Part shown: positions 52,306-64,000 of the stretch, piece after piece
How the letters are laid out: each line of letters begins with the position of its first letter
Numbering within the stretch: the stretch's first letter is position 1
Assembly: GCA_002633005.1 (NCBI GenBank)
Contig: NMRA01000039.1
Location: forward strand, 658,839 to 722,838
Reading direction: 5' to 3'
Origin: Phoronis australis
Lineage: Eukaryota; Animalia; Phoronida
Length of the DNA stretch: 64,000 bases
Position numbers and translations under genes: made by a program
The notes under the pieces: generated by a model
What the model was told of the DNA's origin: nothing
The model's input: the letters and a program-made list of their open reading frames with translations, nothing else
The model's database searches: none

Positions 52306-55300
52306 TTTCTACAAGCACTGCGCTCACTACAGAGTGACTGTGACTTCAAGGGCAACCCGGACTACTTTCTGGCAATCCGGTTTGTTCAAGGATTGCACAA
52401 CAAAGAGGCCCAAACTCGCATTCTTCAAGAAAAGGACATTGATTTACCCCGTTTTATTGACATTGCTAAGAACGAGGAGACTACCCAGCAAACCTCCAAA
52501 GTTTTAAGTGGACAGCATGGTGTTACTCATCCTCAAGTGGCTGCAGTTACAAGAAGGCCCCACACCCATACTGGCCACAAACCACAGCAGCGTCATCAAC
52601 GACAGCACCCTAAACAAAAACATCCTCCACAAAGTAAAATCTGTTATCGCTGTGGTTCCAAGGACCACCTGGCTAATAGCCAGGAGTGCCCAGCCATAAA
52701 GGCTACATGTCGTAACTGTCACAGAACTGGACATTATGACCGCTGTTGCATGCAGAAAGGCTCCAGTGGTAAACAAATCAACACCATCATTCGGGCTAAT
52801 ACCACAGCCCCTGGCAAGGATGATTTTACATGTGATCTCCAATTAGTCACTCCTGCTGGTGTTTTGATTCATGTGTCCGCTCTTGTTGACACCCAATCTG
52901 ACCTGACATGTGTTCCATACTGGCTTTATAATAAATCATTTAAGGCCTTGCCATTGAAACCCATGGATACTAAAGTCAACAATTTTGATGGTACTACAAT
53001 TAAGGGCATGCGAGGTTACTTTTCTACTATGGTTCATCATGGAGATCGATCTGCTACACTCACAATCTACGTTACTCCCAATCAGTGTGCACCTATTGCT
53101 GGAAAAAATGCCATCACTGCTTTACAGTTAGTCACACTGGATGGCCCTGCGCAATCAGTTCAAGCCGTTACTACAAGCTGCCGCACCCGCGACGACTGCG
53201 TTCGTCTGCTAAGCAAATACCCTACACTTACAGAATCTACCATTGGCTTGTTTCCTGATTTTGCACACACCATACAACTGCAACCCAATGCTGTGCCTAC
53301 ACGTGCCTCCCTGCGGCCAATACCATATTACCGCCGCGCAGAAGCTGCAAAAACCATTGACCAAATGGAAGCGCAGGGAATATGGTCCAAAATCCAGCCA
53401 CACGAACGACCCTTGTGGCAACACCCGCTGGTAACTGTGGATAAACCGGATGGTTCCGTGCGTATTACTACTGACCTGACAGGCCTGAATCGTCAAGTCA
53501 TACCATCTCGATTTCCCCTTCCCGTCATCAGCGATGTCATCCAGGATTTGCAAGGCGCCAAGTATTATGCTAAAATTGATATTTGGTGGGGTTACTTTAA
53601 TACGTTGCTCGATGCTGAGAGTCGTCTGCTTACTACTACAATTACACCCAAGGGGTTGTATGCCTACAACCGCCTGCCTATGGGTCTTACAGACAGTGCT
53701 GCAGTTTTCCAGTACCTCATTTCTAACATTGTAAGTGGCCTTCCTGGGTGCAAGGCCTACATGGACGACATTGCGGTCATGGGTCGCACGTGGGACGAAC
53801 TGTACCACAATCTCGACAACCTATTACAACGGTTGAGTGACAACAACCTACGTGTCAACCCCAAGAAATGCGTCATTGGTGTCGAAGAGTTACCATACTT
53901 GGGTTACATCGTCTCCCACAACAAAGTGAAACCCGACCCTGCAAACCTTGCCGCGGTGCGTAATGCACCTGTTCCAACGTCTCTGAAAGACGTGCAACGA
54001 TTTCTAGGTTTACTCAACTACTACAAAGATTTCTTGGACCATTTTGCTGAGATGTCTGAGCCACTCCGCGCCCTCACACGAAACAATGTAAAGTTTGTGT
54101 GGTCTGCACAGTGCCAACAGGCATTTGACACGCTAAAAGCCATGCTGTGTCAGAACTTGGAGCTACACCTTTTTGACCCTACATGCGACATCATCCTCTC
54201 CACTGACGCGTCTGATGTCGGCCTTGGTGCTGTGCTGTCACAAATCCAAAACGGAAAGGAAGTGCCCATTCTGTTTGGCAGCAAAACACTCGATGAGCGC
54301 CAGCGCTCCTATGCAGTAAATGAGCGTGAAGCCCTTGCCGTCGTTCACTTCTCGGAGTACTGGGAGAAGTTCTTGCTAGGACGACATTTCACAATTCGCA
54401 CAGACCACTCAGCACTTACGTCAATGCTGAGTCAAACCGGCACAGGCAGAAAACGCGGTAAATTCATCCGTTGGAATGACCGCCTTGCCGTTTTCAATTA
54501 TACCCTAGAGTACAGAAAAGGACAAGACAATGTTCCCGCTGACTATTTAAGTCGCTTAACTACGAAAAGTGACGCAGTCGCTGGGGTCACTGACCCCTCC
54601 GTCAGAGCTATCATCGCTACTGCGAGTAATGACGGTTTTTCATTAGACGCCATTCGATCTGCCTGCAGCAAGGACCCCACTTATGAACTGCTCACCAGTT
54701 ACGTATGCAATGGATGGCCTTCCAGAACAAACCTGTCTCCGGCTCTACAAAGTTTCTACCAAGTTCGTAGCGAACTGTCTCTAGAAGATGGTTACTTGGT
54801 ACGGGACAGCTCTGACACCCCTGCTATTACACGCATTGTTGCACCTACAAGCCTCCGGCAGCAAATCCTACAGATGGCACATGTGGGCCACCCCGGCATT
54901 CGCCGGATGAAACACAAACTACGTGAAGCCTACTGGTGGCCTGGGATGGATAAGGACGTGGAACATTCAGTGCGATATTGTGCTGCGTGCCAGGATTCCA
55001 ATAAATCTGCTCCAGCATACCACGTACCCTCGACTGCCATACCACCGCCAACCCAGCCCTGGACAAAGATCGGCATCGACATCACTGGACCTTTTGCCAC
55101 TGCACCTCCGAACAAACGTTTCATACTAGCTGCCATCGACTACCATTCGTCATTCCCCTTCATTCTCAGTACGGGCGATATTACCACTGCTACCGTTATC
55201 CGCTGGCTGCGTAATCTTTTTTCAACTTTTGGCAACCCCGACATACTTGTATCTGACCACGGCCCACAGTTCACGAGCTACGATTTTGAGGTGTTTCTCC

Positions 55301-55725
55301 GCAACAGGGACATTTTCCACGAAGACATTGCAGTCTATCACCCACGACAAAATGGCAAAATTGAGGTTTTCAACCGTTATTTAAAGAACGGCATACAAAC
55401 CAAGGGTGACGACACTCCATGGGACCAACACCTAGAGAATTTACTGGCTCATTTTCGGGCTACATCTGCTCCGCCGCTCACTGCCAACAGCCCAGCCGAA
55501 CGCTTCTTGAACCGCAAATTTCGCCTTGCCTACGAGGTCGTTCGGACCCCTCGTGGGGGGGAGCGCGTTCCAGTCTTCCCTGAGGAGAAGCGTGAGTCCG
55601 CTCGCCCAAAACCTACACCAGTGACACACAGAGGACCCTACAAAACTGGCGATTCCGTACGCGTGAAGAAACCGCATACTCCCAAGGGATCGTCACCATG
55701 GTCAGCGCCTCTCAAAGTTGTCGAC
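52306..55725 (+). mobile_element. Ty3/Gypsy LTR-retrotransposon internal region (partial gag + pol, Mag-like), no LTRs seen
   Basis: One open frame with domain order gag-PR-RT-RH-IN. GC content is visibly higher than the flanks. Retroelement-like sequence starts mid-gag (FLQALRSLQSDCDF) and stops shortly after GPYKTGDSVRVK...WSAPLKVV. No flanking direct repeats seen. Confidence 0.93.
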
Positions 55726-55776
55726 TTTTGTATAGGCAAATTGATGATGCAAACCTTTTCTTTCTGCCCGAGGTGA
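52393..55776 (+). CDS. Gypsy Gag-Pol polyprotein ORF, 1127 aa (frame stays open upstream to 52291; the annotated start is a TTG)
   Basis: Two zinc knuckles (CYRCGSKDHLANSQEC, CRNCHRTGHYDRCC), protease-position LVDTQS, RT (RLPMGL...YMDD), RNase H (TDASDVGLGAVL, ERE, TDH), integrase HHCC (HVGHPG...CAAC), DDE core (IDITG, SDHG, NGKIE) and a GPY-like start. Confidence 0.88.
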   Translation: MHNKEAQTRILQEKDIDLPRFIDIAKNEETTQQTSKVLSGQHGVTHPQVAAVTRRPHTHTGHKPQQRHQRQHPKQKHPPQSKICYRCGSKDHLANSQECPAIKATCRNCHRTGHYDRCCMQKGSSGKQINTIIRANTTAPGKDDFTCDLQLVTPAGVLIHVSALVDTQSDLTCVPYWLYNKSFKALPLKPMDTKVNNFDGTTIKGMRGYFSTMVHHGDRSATLTIYVTPNQCAPIAGKNAITALQLVTLDGPAQSVQAVTTSCRTRDDCVRLLSKYPTLTESTIGLFPDFAHTIQLQPNAVPTRASLRPIPYYRRAEAAKTIDQMEAQGIWSKIQPHERPLWQHPLVTVDKPDGSVRITTDLTGLNRQVIPSRFPLPVISDVIQDLQGAKYYAKIDIWWGYFNTLLDAESRLLTTTITPKGLYAYNRLPMGLTDSAAVFQYLISNIVSGLPGCKAYMDDIAVMGRTWDELYHNLDNLLQRLSDNNLRVNPKKCVIGVEELPYLGYIVSHNKVKPDPANLAAVRNAPVPTSLKDVQRFLGLLNYYKDFLDHFAEMSEPLRALTRNNVKFVWSAQCQQAFDTLKAMLCQNLELHLFDPTCDIILSTDASDVGLGAVLSQIQNGKEVPILFGSKTLDERQRSYAVNEREALAVVHFSEYWEKFLLGRHFTIRTDHSALTSMLSQTGTGRKRGKFIRWNDRLAVFNYTLEYRKGQDNVPADYLSRLTTKSDAVAGVTDPSVRAIIATASNDGFSLDAIRSACSKDPTYELLTSYVCNGWPSRTNLSPALQSFYQVRSELSLEDGYLVRDSSDTPAITRIVAPTSLRQQILQMAHVGHPGIRRMKHKLREAYWWPGMDKDVEHSVRYCAACQDSNKSAPAYHVPSTAIPPPTQPWTKIGIDITGPFATAPPNKRFILAAIDYHSSFPFILSTGDITTATVIRWLRNLFSTFGNPDILVSDHGPQFTSYDFEVFLRNRDIFHEDIAVYHPRQNGKIEVFNRYLKNGIQTKGDDTPWDQHLENLLAHFRATSAPPLTANSPAERFLNRKFRLAYEVVRTPRGGERVPVFPEEKRESARPKPTPVTHRGPYKTGDSVRVKKPHTPKGSSPWSAPLKVVDFCIGKLMMQTFSFCPR

Positions 55777-55855
55777 AACGAAGAAGTTTGACAACAAATG
55801 AACAGTGAGAGTTAACAGTAATGCCAAGGTGAAGTAATTGTTTACACCACCACCA

Positions 55856-56181
55856 CTCCCCCCACCCTCCCTGCCTCCCTCCCTCCCCCGTCTCCTCCCC
55901 CCACTTTCCCTCTTCTCTCCCCTCACTTCACCTCCCCCCCAGATTTTCTAGTCACACTGTAAAGACTACATTCATCACAACTCCCGACAATTTTGATTTC
56001 TCGGAACAAAAGTGTAGNCTCCCCCCCACCCTCCCTGCCTCCCTCCCTCCCCCGTCTCCTCCCCCCACTTTCCCTCTTCTCTCCCCTCACTTCACCTCCC
56101 CCCCAGATTTTCTAGTCACACTGTAAAGACTACATTCATCACAACTCCCGACAATTTTGATTTCTCGGAACAAAAGTGTAG
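55856..56181. repeat. ~160-bp direct duplication across a single N (probable contig overlap)
   Basis: C-rich block plus flank repeated either side of N at 56018. Confidence 0.85.
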
Positions 56182-59100
56182 ATATCATTAGAAAAGGTCC
56201 CCTTTGCAAAACTCGACCATTCCCAGCTTTCCTGGTGTATTATTAAACACAAAGTCTTAGATAGAAAAAATAACTGGAATGCGATTTAATACGCTTAGCT
56301 CTGCTCAATTTGATTACTTTCAAGATACCTTGCAGACCAAAGAAACACTTGATACCCATTTACAGCCAATCCTACGATAACCATCAACTATAAGCATTCA
56401 ACAAAGGGAAATAGCTTTTTAACAGAGTCGATATTCTAATCACGGAACTCACAAATAAAAAATTCTCATTCACTTGAGTCATATATCATGTTATTATGAG
56501 GAAAAAACAGTAAAAAACGAGACTAGATTAAAACTGTCTTTGATCTTCAAGATGATAAGGGCATCTTTACTGTATAGCCGTAAAAGATCAACTGATAAAC
56601 TTGATCATACAATCCCAGGATCACATATCCAACAAGATCTGAAGTTGCTATACACATCCCAACCACACTTGTCCCCGCTAACACTCATGCCTTAAAGAAT
56701 AAACGTTCCAAATCTTCACTTTAGTACACACCGATGTTCGCCTTAGCGCCCCTATGATCAAGACTTTTCAAACAGGGCCATGAAATTATTGTTGCATGAG
56801 ATACATTTTTTGAAGTTATTGGCTATGACGAAAGCAACACAACTACAACATGCATTACGTTTTTGTGATTTTAATACAAATCGCCAGTGTCTGCCAGACT
56901 TTCACTATAACCAAGGCTGGTGACTTTACCAGACATCAACCAGGAATTATTTTTTCATAAACAAGTACAAAATCAAACAAATACATCCATTCATCAGCAT
57001 TTCATTACACTATCACGTGGGTTCCAGGTTCAATTCCGCTCTCGGGTTGATCACAGAGAATCAATTATCTCACCAATACCGTCCTTTCAGCACCCTCGTT
57101 CACTTGAGGGGAAAGTGCCTGTGCCTTTTGAGACGATTTTTTGGGGGTAAGGGGGAAATTCTACACCTAATCACCACCAATAGCACCCCCCACCCTGTCG
57201 CAAGCCCTCTGCCTCAAGTAGCCAAAACTAACATTTTGCGCTTTTTCACATTGTCGCCTGTGTGAGTTACAAGTGATTCAAATCTTGTGGGGAATTTTTC
57301 AATCATTTGAGGGGAAACTCTATGTCTCATGAGGAAAAATGCGTGTGATTTTTAAATATTTTTCAGAGGGGAATGAAGCCTATTTTCGGCCATAAAATCG
57401 AGGGATTGAGGGCCCTGCCTAACTTAAGTGCGCTTGGCATCAACACATACGAGTACTATGTACCGTAACTAGGTTTGGAAATTACTGTGTACATCCAGTG
57501 ATACACACAGTTTGTGTATTGCTGTATGCATTCAATGATTTGCCAGTCTTGGAGTATAAGCTCAATTACAGAAATGATCCCCTTAACATTTGCCATCCTC
57601 ACCCGATTCACACCAGCTACCTTAACTCTCAATCAGGTGACTATCACATGATGCTTTCAGTTAACGAGACAACCAATCAACTCCAACATGTTGAGACCCC
57701 TTTCCAGCAGTAATCACTTGACAGTTACAGTCTAGAACACACCTATGGCTATTGTCAAAGCTATGGCACACATGTAAACAAGACAAATATCTCACTAAAT
57801 TGTATAGGAATTAGATGGAAATTTTGACGATTTTCGAAAGGTAGAAACAATGTCAATTTTTTTAAAATCATCGTACCAGTGAATTTTTACATTACAGTTG
57901 ACTTATAAAGGAGCTATGATATAAACAGGTTTTCGCTAGAAGCACCAGAAGCAAACATTTGCGTACAACCACCTACCACTACATGACTGGCATCAACTTG
58001 TTCCCTACTTAAATGAAAAGTGATTTCTATGAAAGAAATGCCAAATGCGCAGTGCCTGATACTATGCCAGGTGCATATTTCTACACCCTTGAAAAGCTGG
58101 CTGATTGAGACGTATCTCAAAATTAAATCAGAAGGAACACGCAGAGCCTAATTTTATAACAGTCGTACCATGAACCTCAAGTTACTTCCTGACAGAAGGT
58201 GGAGTTATAGTCAAGCTTGTGTATGTCGTTAAACCTTTTCAAAATAAAAAACTTTTGTTAACTCAGTAAAAGATTAATTATTCTGAAAGTTGAAATCCTG
58301 CGAAATTCGATTAATTGGATTGTACGAGCGACTGTGTTTTAAATTTAACAAGAAAGGTACATTCACAGGAAAACAACGTTGTCAAGAATATTTTTTTACT
58401 CTAGAGTAAAAGGTCAAGAACATGAGCCTCAGTTTTGTTTGATATAGATGTTCGAGACAAAATCTTAAAAAATTTTTACAGCCACCTGAATAATCATTTA
58501 TTTTTGTGCAAATTTTGAATTTTTTTATAAAAACATTACAAGCCCTAGCTCTGACAGTCCCTCAGGCAAAAGTGGAACACTTCAAAACCAATTCCTAACA
58601 GCCGTTTAGTATCAGAAAGTGTCATATGAATAAGATCACCCATTTCTGAGACAGGATGTTCCTAAGTTACTCAAATTTGGACATTTTCTAGGGTCCTAGG
58701 CAACCTTAATGGATTCTAACAAGTTTTCATAAAATAAAAGATCAGTGTTTAGCTCCAGTGTTTTCATACGCATTTTTAATCAAAAGTAGGCAGGTGCTCA
58801 GAAGATTGTGGTGATAATTATATGGCTCTGTTTCCTCAATCATGCTCTATTAATCAGATATTCATAGCCTAGTAAGAACATGCTCATCATTTGATTAAAA
58901 CCAAGGCAGTGTACAAGTGTCCAAAGGCCTGCGTGGTATACGGTAATCTAGATGTATTACAGGATATAGTGGGATAAGCAGGTATTCATTGACAGGATAT
59001 GATCAACAGGTGTCAACAATAACAGGCATTGACAATCAATACGTGCTTGATTCCATTCTAAAGCAGTAAATCTTTATTAATGATTATCCAGCGCTGTAAT

Positions 59101-60985
59101 CCACAACTGAACTCTCGCGCCTTAAATAAAAAATACGAACAATGCAAAGCGTTGAAATGCGCCCATATCTGCACAGCAAATGGCAAGCTTCCGGAGGGGG
59201 GAAGAGGTGTTCGTACGGTAGTATCATAAAAGTGGTGGCCACTAATGGCTCAGGACACACCAAATCTGCCTGAAAATTGGAAGGCATAGTCATCTCCTTA
59301 ATAGATTTTTATATGCCACTTTCATAAAAATACGTCAAAGAGCTCAAAAGATAGAGACAAACTTAGAAAATCACATTCTACTAGGGGTACAGAACAGTAA
59401 TTAGATCTGCTCATTGCCACTAGGGGGAACAGTGGTAGTCAGATTGATCAGAAACTCGTCATTTGTCGTCAGCTTCATTGGAACACATCTGCACAATCTC
59501 ATTACCTGATAAATCTACCAAAGGGTTTAGGAGATACAGCAGGGATGCTGGACATCAGACGCCATGCCCAGAGATGACAGCAGCATGCACTCACAATTCT
59601 GTACGTAGCATATGGGCTTGCCTGCATAACTTTTTACTTAGTTTACAATATTTGTTTGAAAGGCCATATGAATATATATATACAAGATATATATACATAT
59701 ATATACAAGCTAGATTTTACAGCTGCACTTTGATGGTTTAGCTGTCGACGTAGAATTCTTAACCAATGTGCTTTCAGTTGGAATTTAACACATTACAACA
59801 CATTACAACACTTACCCAAAAAATTATTGTTTCCGAATGAGCTGGAAACACAAGACACAAGCAATGTGTACAAGCGCCATTTCCAAATCCACAATTTTAA
59901 GGTTGACAAACCCCAATATAATCTGAAGTGTTTAGTTGAACCGATGATGCTTTTGATGTTCTCGTTGCTAATGGAAACAAACAAAATCTAATCACAGTAA
60001 GGAATAATAGACCAATTTTATGAGAGTAAAATACCAAATTTGACTTGCATTTTTATCCAGATAAACAGGGCGAGACGCAGGTATAAACAAACATTACTAG
60101 GCAAGTCTGTCACAATCGATTTATCTGGGAGTTGGACATCATACACTGCGTAAATAACCACAGTTTGACATCACTGCATCACCCTCACACAAACATTGAA
60201 CCTAGGCTGAGATGAGAACAAAACGCATCACATTTGCCGATATAGTACATGGACGACCAATTCTGTACATTTTTAATGGACGAAATCTGTGATCTTAAGC
60301 ATAAGCCGCAACGTCACTATTCACTATCAACACCTGGCAGACAGCATGTTTTACTTTCGGCAAGTACGTCGTCTACTTATCATGGTCGGCTGTTGAGTGG
60401 TCGGGAAGCATTGCCAAAAGTATGCACGATACCAAGAATTCTATTATTGGAATATTTTGAATAGCATTTCAATGCCGAAATTATTATTTTTCATTATACT
60501 GGACAGTAAAATAGATGCAAGAATTTCCCAACCGGAAGCTGAGTTTGCTATGGTTAGAGGGTGGCGCCTCCTCTGGGATATTTCGCAAGAAAATGTCAGA
60601 GTTGTGAATCTGTTGTCATGATAATCTACAATGGCATGAAGTTTTTTAAAATTAAACAGCTAATAAAACAATCCCTCACTTCGTCAGTTTTCAGAACAAA
60701 CAATAAGCAGATCCAACGTTTTTTTGGCTTTCCTGCATTTGTTCAAGTTAAAGGTGAGATCAATTAAAGCGAAAAACTAACAAAGGATGCTGGGAGCAAA
60801 GGTTCTTCAGAAAAAAAGAAACGGGAGTGGAACTACCAATTCAGGTTAACACCCAACTCAGGGAAACATGTTTAAATGTCTGTCTTAAAATTTAAGACAC
60901 TTCATATGCAAATAGCCTAAAGACCTTTTCATACAAACGTAACTCTGGTAAAACACGAGGGTCAATGAAAATGCAAAGTAGATGA

Positions 60986-61088
60986 ACCTTTCACATCACA
61001 GTCAACCTTTCACACCACAGTCAACCGTTCACACCACAGACCTTTCACACCACAGTCGACCTTTCACACCATAGTCAACCGTTCACAC
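60986..61088. repeat. ~19-bp tandem repeat, ~5 copies
   Basis: Unit acctttcacaccacagtca. Confidence 0.85.
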
Positions 61089-61925
61089 TTACTGACATCC
61101 TTAAAACGTAGACACGTTGACTTTGGTAAGAAAGACACAAAAGAAATATCTATGATACATTTTGGGAAAATATAACTGCCAAAATTGCTGCAATTTTGCT
61201 TTTCCAATCAAATCATGATTAAACCTTTTTACAATAACTGCTCATTACAAACGCTGCGTGCTAATGGAACTAATTTTTTTCCTTGTCTGATTTTGTTGAT
61301 AAATTTGACAATACAAAATTCCACGTATCCTGTATTGTGTGCTAATTTGCCATAATGTCAGACAATGTATCATCGGTCCAGTGACATTAAAGTGAATTGT
61401 GTGCACCATGCTATGAACAGTCCCACTAAATAAATTGGTTCTAACCCCAGTGGTTAAGGTAAACGGTGGGGTATGGAAAATTGAACTAGACCGTATTTAT
61501 CCACCTTGGCTGAGTCGCGCTCGGCTCACGATCAAAGGGATGCCGCCAAGCTGCTCTAGTCATCGAGTCACGAGCGAGGATAATTGGCTTCGCTCATGCA
61601 GATATGATCAGCTGATTACAATCTAGCTAGCAGACTGTACTTTTTATGGAGAGAGTATTACGCAGTTTTTACTGTAATATTTGAAAAGAGGAGCGAAAAC
61701 AAATATGAGTACAACTTTGAATTTTTCAAATCGGCCCAGGATAAGAGATTTTGCAACACAGCAACACTCACGATTACTTTCATTCGGCGCGCACTAATAC
61801 AAAAATATAGGACCCAAGTTATTTAGATTTTGGAACACATGCATTGCAATATTCAAAATACGTTTATTATGAATCTTACAAGCTGTAAAACGACGTTGTT
61901 AATTTCATTGTGTTCATTCATTGTC

Positions 61926-62081
61926 NNNNNNNNNNNNNNNNNNNNNNNNNNNNNNNNNNNNNNNNNNNNNNNNNNNNNNNNNNNNNNNNNNNNNNNNNNN
62001 NNNNNNNNNNNNNNNNNNNNNNNNNNNNNNNNNNNNNNNNNNNNNNNNNNNNNNNNNNNNNNNNNNNNNNNNNNNNNNNNN
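61926..62081. other. Assembly gap
   Basis: Run of N. Confidence 0.99.
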
Positions 62082-63833
62082 GAACTTTAAAAATTGTAAA
62101 ACATCAGGAAGATTTCAGGTAATTTGTTGAGTCGAAACTATATTTTTATTCAAGAGTACAAGTTTTCCTATTGACGATCGCGATTCAGCGACGCATCAGT
62201 CGGCAAGTTTTCGCTCTGTGATGAGCACAATTTTTTGAAAAATTATCGTAATTTAACAACGGAAGTTGATAGCAATGCACCACAATTTTGTAGAAAGGCT
62301 GTCATAGGCTACAAATACGTCACAGAGCGTAAATTTAATGAATCCTAGCTTCCGATTTTACCAGTTTGGGAAACCGGGATTCAGCTGCCGTAGGCTCACT
62401 ACAATAAGCGTCCCCTCCCCGTGAAATGAATTTTTCTAAGGGTTTGTTTGAGCTAATACAGTATACAGCTTTCCACCAAGGCTAGGTGATGCAAGACATT
62501 ATTCTTTGTTGCATTATAGTAACTGGTCTTGGCTAATTATCATTTTATGGCCTGGTCATCCATTCAGCCAAAAGTAGTTCCAGAGGTGGCTTATCAGCCA
62601 ATTATTCATGCATGCTGACTCACAATAGAAGCCTGATAAGAGTGAAGGTGGATAAATGCCATGTTCCTACAGTTTCTTGTTTTAGTGGATGTGTTCAGGA
62701 CATGACTGAGCCACTTAAAATGTTGCATAGACAGCCTTCAAAGACAGCGGTACTTTCAAAGACTGCAAGGGGGAAATACCTGTAGCTAAATACGGTCATT
62801 AAAATGAAAACATTTTTGACAGTGGGCAATTAACATTTACTCAAACAGGTGCATTAACCTGGACTAATACAAGTAAACCTGAGTAACTCATGTTTTTTCT
62901 CCAAAACACCTGATTTGACACAGTCCGGGTTGAATGAAACCTAGTCTTTATATAATTGAATGAGCAACTCCTTGTCCACCATATGGTACTCATGAATAAA
63001 ATTCATTCTTTGAATAGATTGAGAGCAGAAGGTAACCCATCAGCATGAGGGCATTTGTGCGAGCTTATAATGCCTTTAGTACCAAGCTTACATGTTATAT
63101 AGGACTGAAGACGTGGACCTTATAATGCCTTTAGTACCAAGCTTATATGTTATATAGGACTGAAGACGTGGACCTTGTAATGCCTTTAGTACCACGCTTA
63201 TATGTTATATAGGACTGAAGACGTCATGTGGTGAACACATCCACTAGCACAAGAAACTGTAGGAACACTGCATTTATCCACCTTCACTCTTATCAGGCTT
63301 CTATTATGAGTCAGCATGAATAATTGGCTGATAAGCCACCTCTAGAACTACTTTTGGCTGAAAGGATGACCAGGCCATAAAATGATAATTAGCCAAGACC
63401 AGTTACTAATGCAACAAAGAATAATGTCCTAGAATCACCTAGCCTTGGTGGAAAGCTGTATACTGTATTGGCTCTAATAAAGGCTTAGAAAATTTCATTT
63501 CACGGGGAGGGGATTCTTATTGTAGCCTACGGCAGTTGAAACCCGGTTTCCCAAACGGGTAAAATCGGAAGCTAAGATTCATAAAATTTACGCTCTGTGA
63601 CGTATTTTTAGCCTATGACAGTCTTTCTACAACATTGTGGTGCATTGCTATGAACTTCCATTGTTAAATTACGATAATTTTTCAAAAAATTGTGCTCATC
63701 ACAGGGAGAAAACTTGCCGACTGATGCGTCGCTGAATCGCCATCGTCAATAGGAAAACTTGAACTCTTGAATAAAAATATAGTTTCGACTCAACAATTTA
63801 CCTGAAATCTTCCTTCTACAATTTTTAAAGTTC
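62082..63833. repeat. Long inverted repeat (foldback): arms ~62082-62706 and ~63223-63833
   Basis: Arms align as reverse complements over ~620 bp with scattered substitutions and small indels; ~515 bp spacer; left arm cut by an N-gap. Confidence 0.92.
63064..63224. repeat. 55-bp tandem repeat, ~3 copies, in the foldback spacer
   Basis: Unit cttataatgcctttagtaccaagcttayatgttatataggactgaagacgtggac at 63064, 63119 and 63174. Confidence 0.92.
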
Positions 63834-64000
63834 ATGTGGAGTCCAGATTAATTGCGATTAAGTGCAAATCTTCGCTACATCGTACCCCACAACACGAGAA
63901 AAATCTCTGGATGAACACACATGTTGTTGTCACGTGACGTTTGTTTTGAAGTTCGTCTGCGTATGAGAGTGAGTGCCGGAGCGTGCGTGTGTGGGTCATC

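Noticed and set aside
52504-55677. Antisense and alternate-frame ORFs overlapping the Gypsy ORF
   Set aside because: Shadow frames of a long, GC-richer coding sequence.

Overview
AT-rich metazoan (probably invertebrate) genomic DNA from a draft assembly, with two N-gaps and five single-N contig joins. No prokaryotic features are present. The only recognisable host gene is a minus-strand Elk/KCNH (Kv12-type, EAG family) potassium channel, represented by two PAS-domain exons (14670-14900 and 12071-12205). I could not find the N-terminal PAS-cap exon or any transmembrane exon, so most of the window is probably intron of this gene. That space is filled with transposon-derived DNA: an uninterrupted ~3.4 kb Ty3/Gypsy gag-pol frame that is cut at both ends and has no LTRs; two related Kolobok-type elements (TTAA) with decayed THAP domains; a Tc2/pogo-like non-autonomous element; several PIF/Harbinger-like and hAT-like MITEs; Penelope relics with hammerhead-ribozyme-like motifs; tRNA-derived SINE heads; minisatellites; and a ~1.75 kb foldback. 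I found no demonstrably new biological system. The best leads are the LTR-less Gypsy frame, the Penelope hammerhead variants, the Kolobok/THAP family and the hairpins. All calls are by eye, with no database searches.
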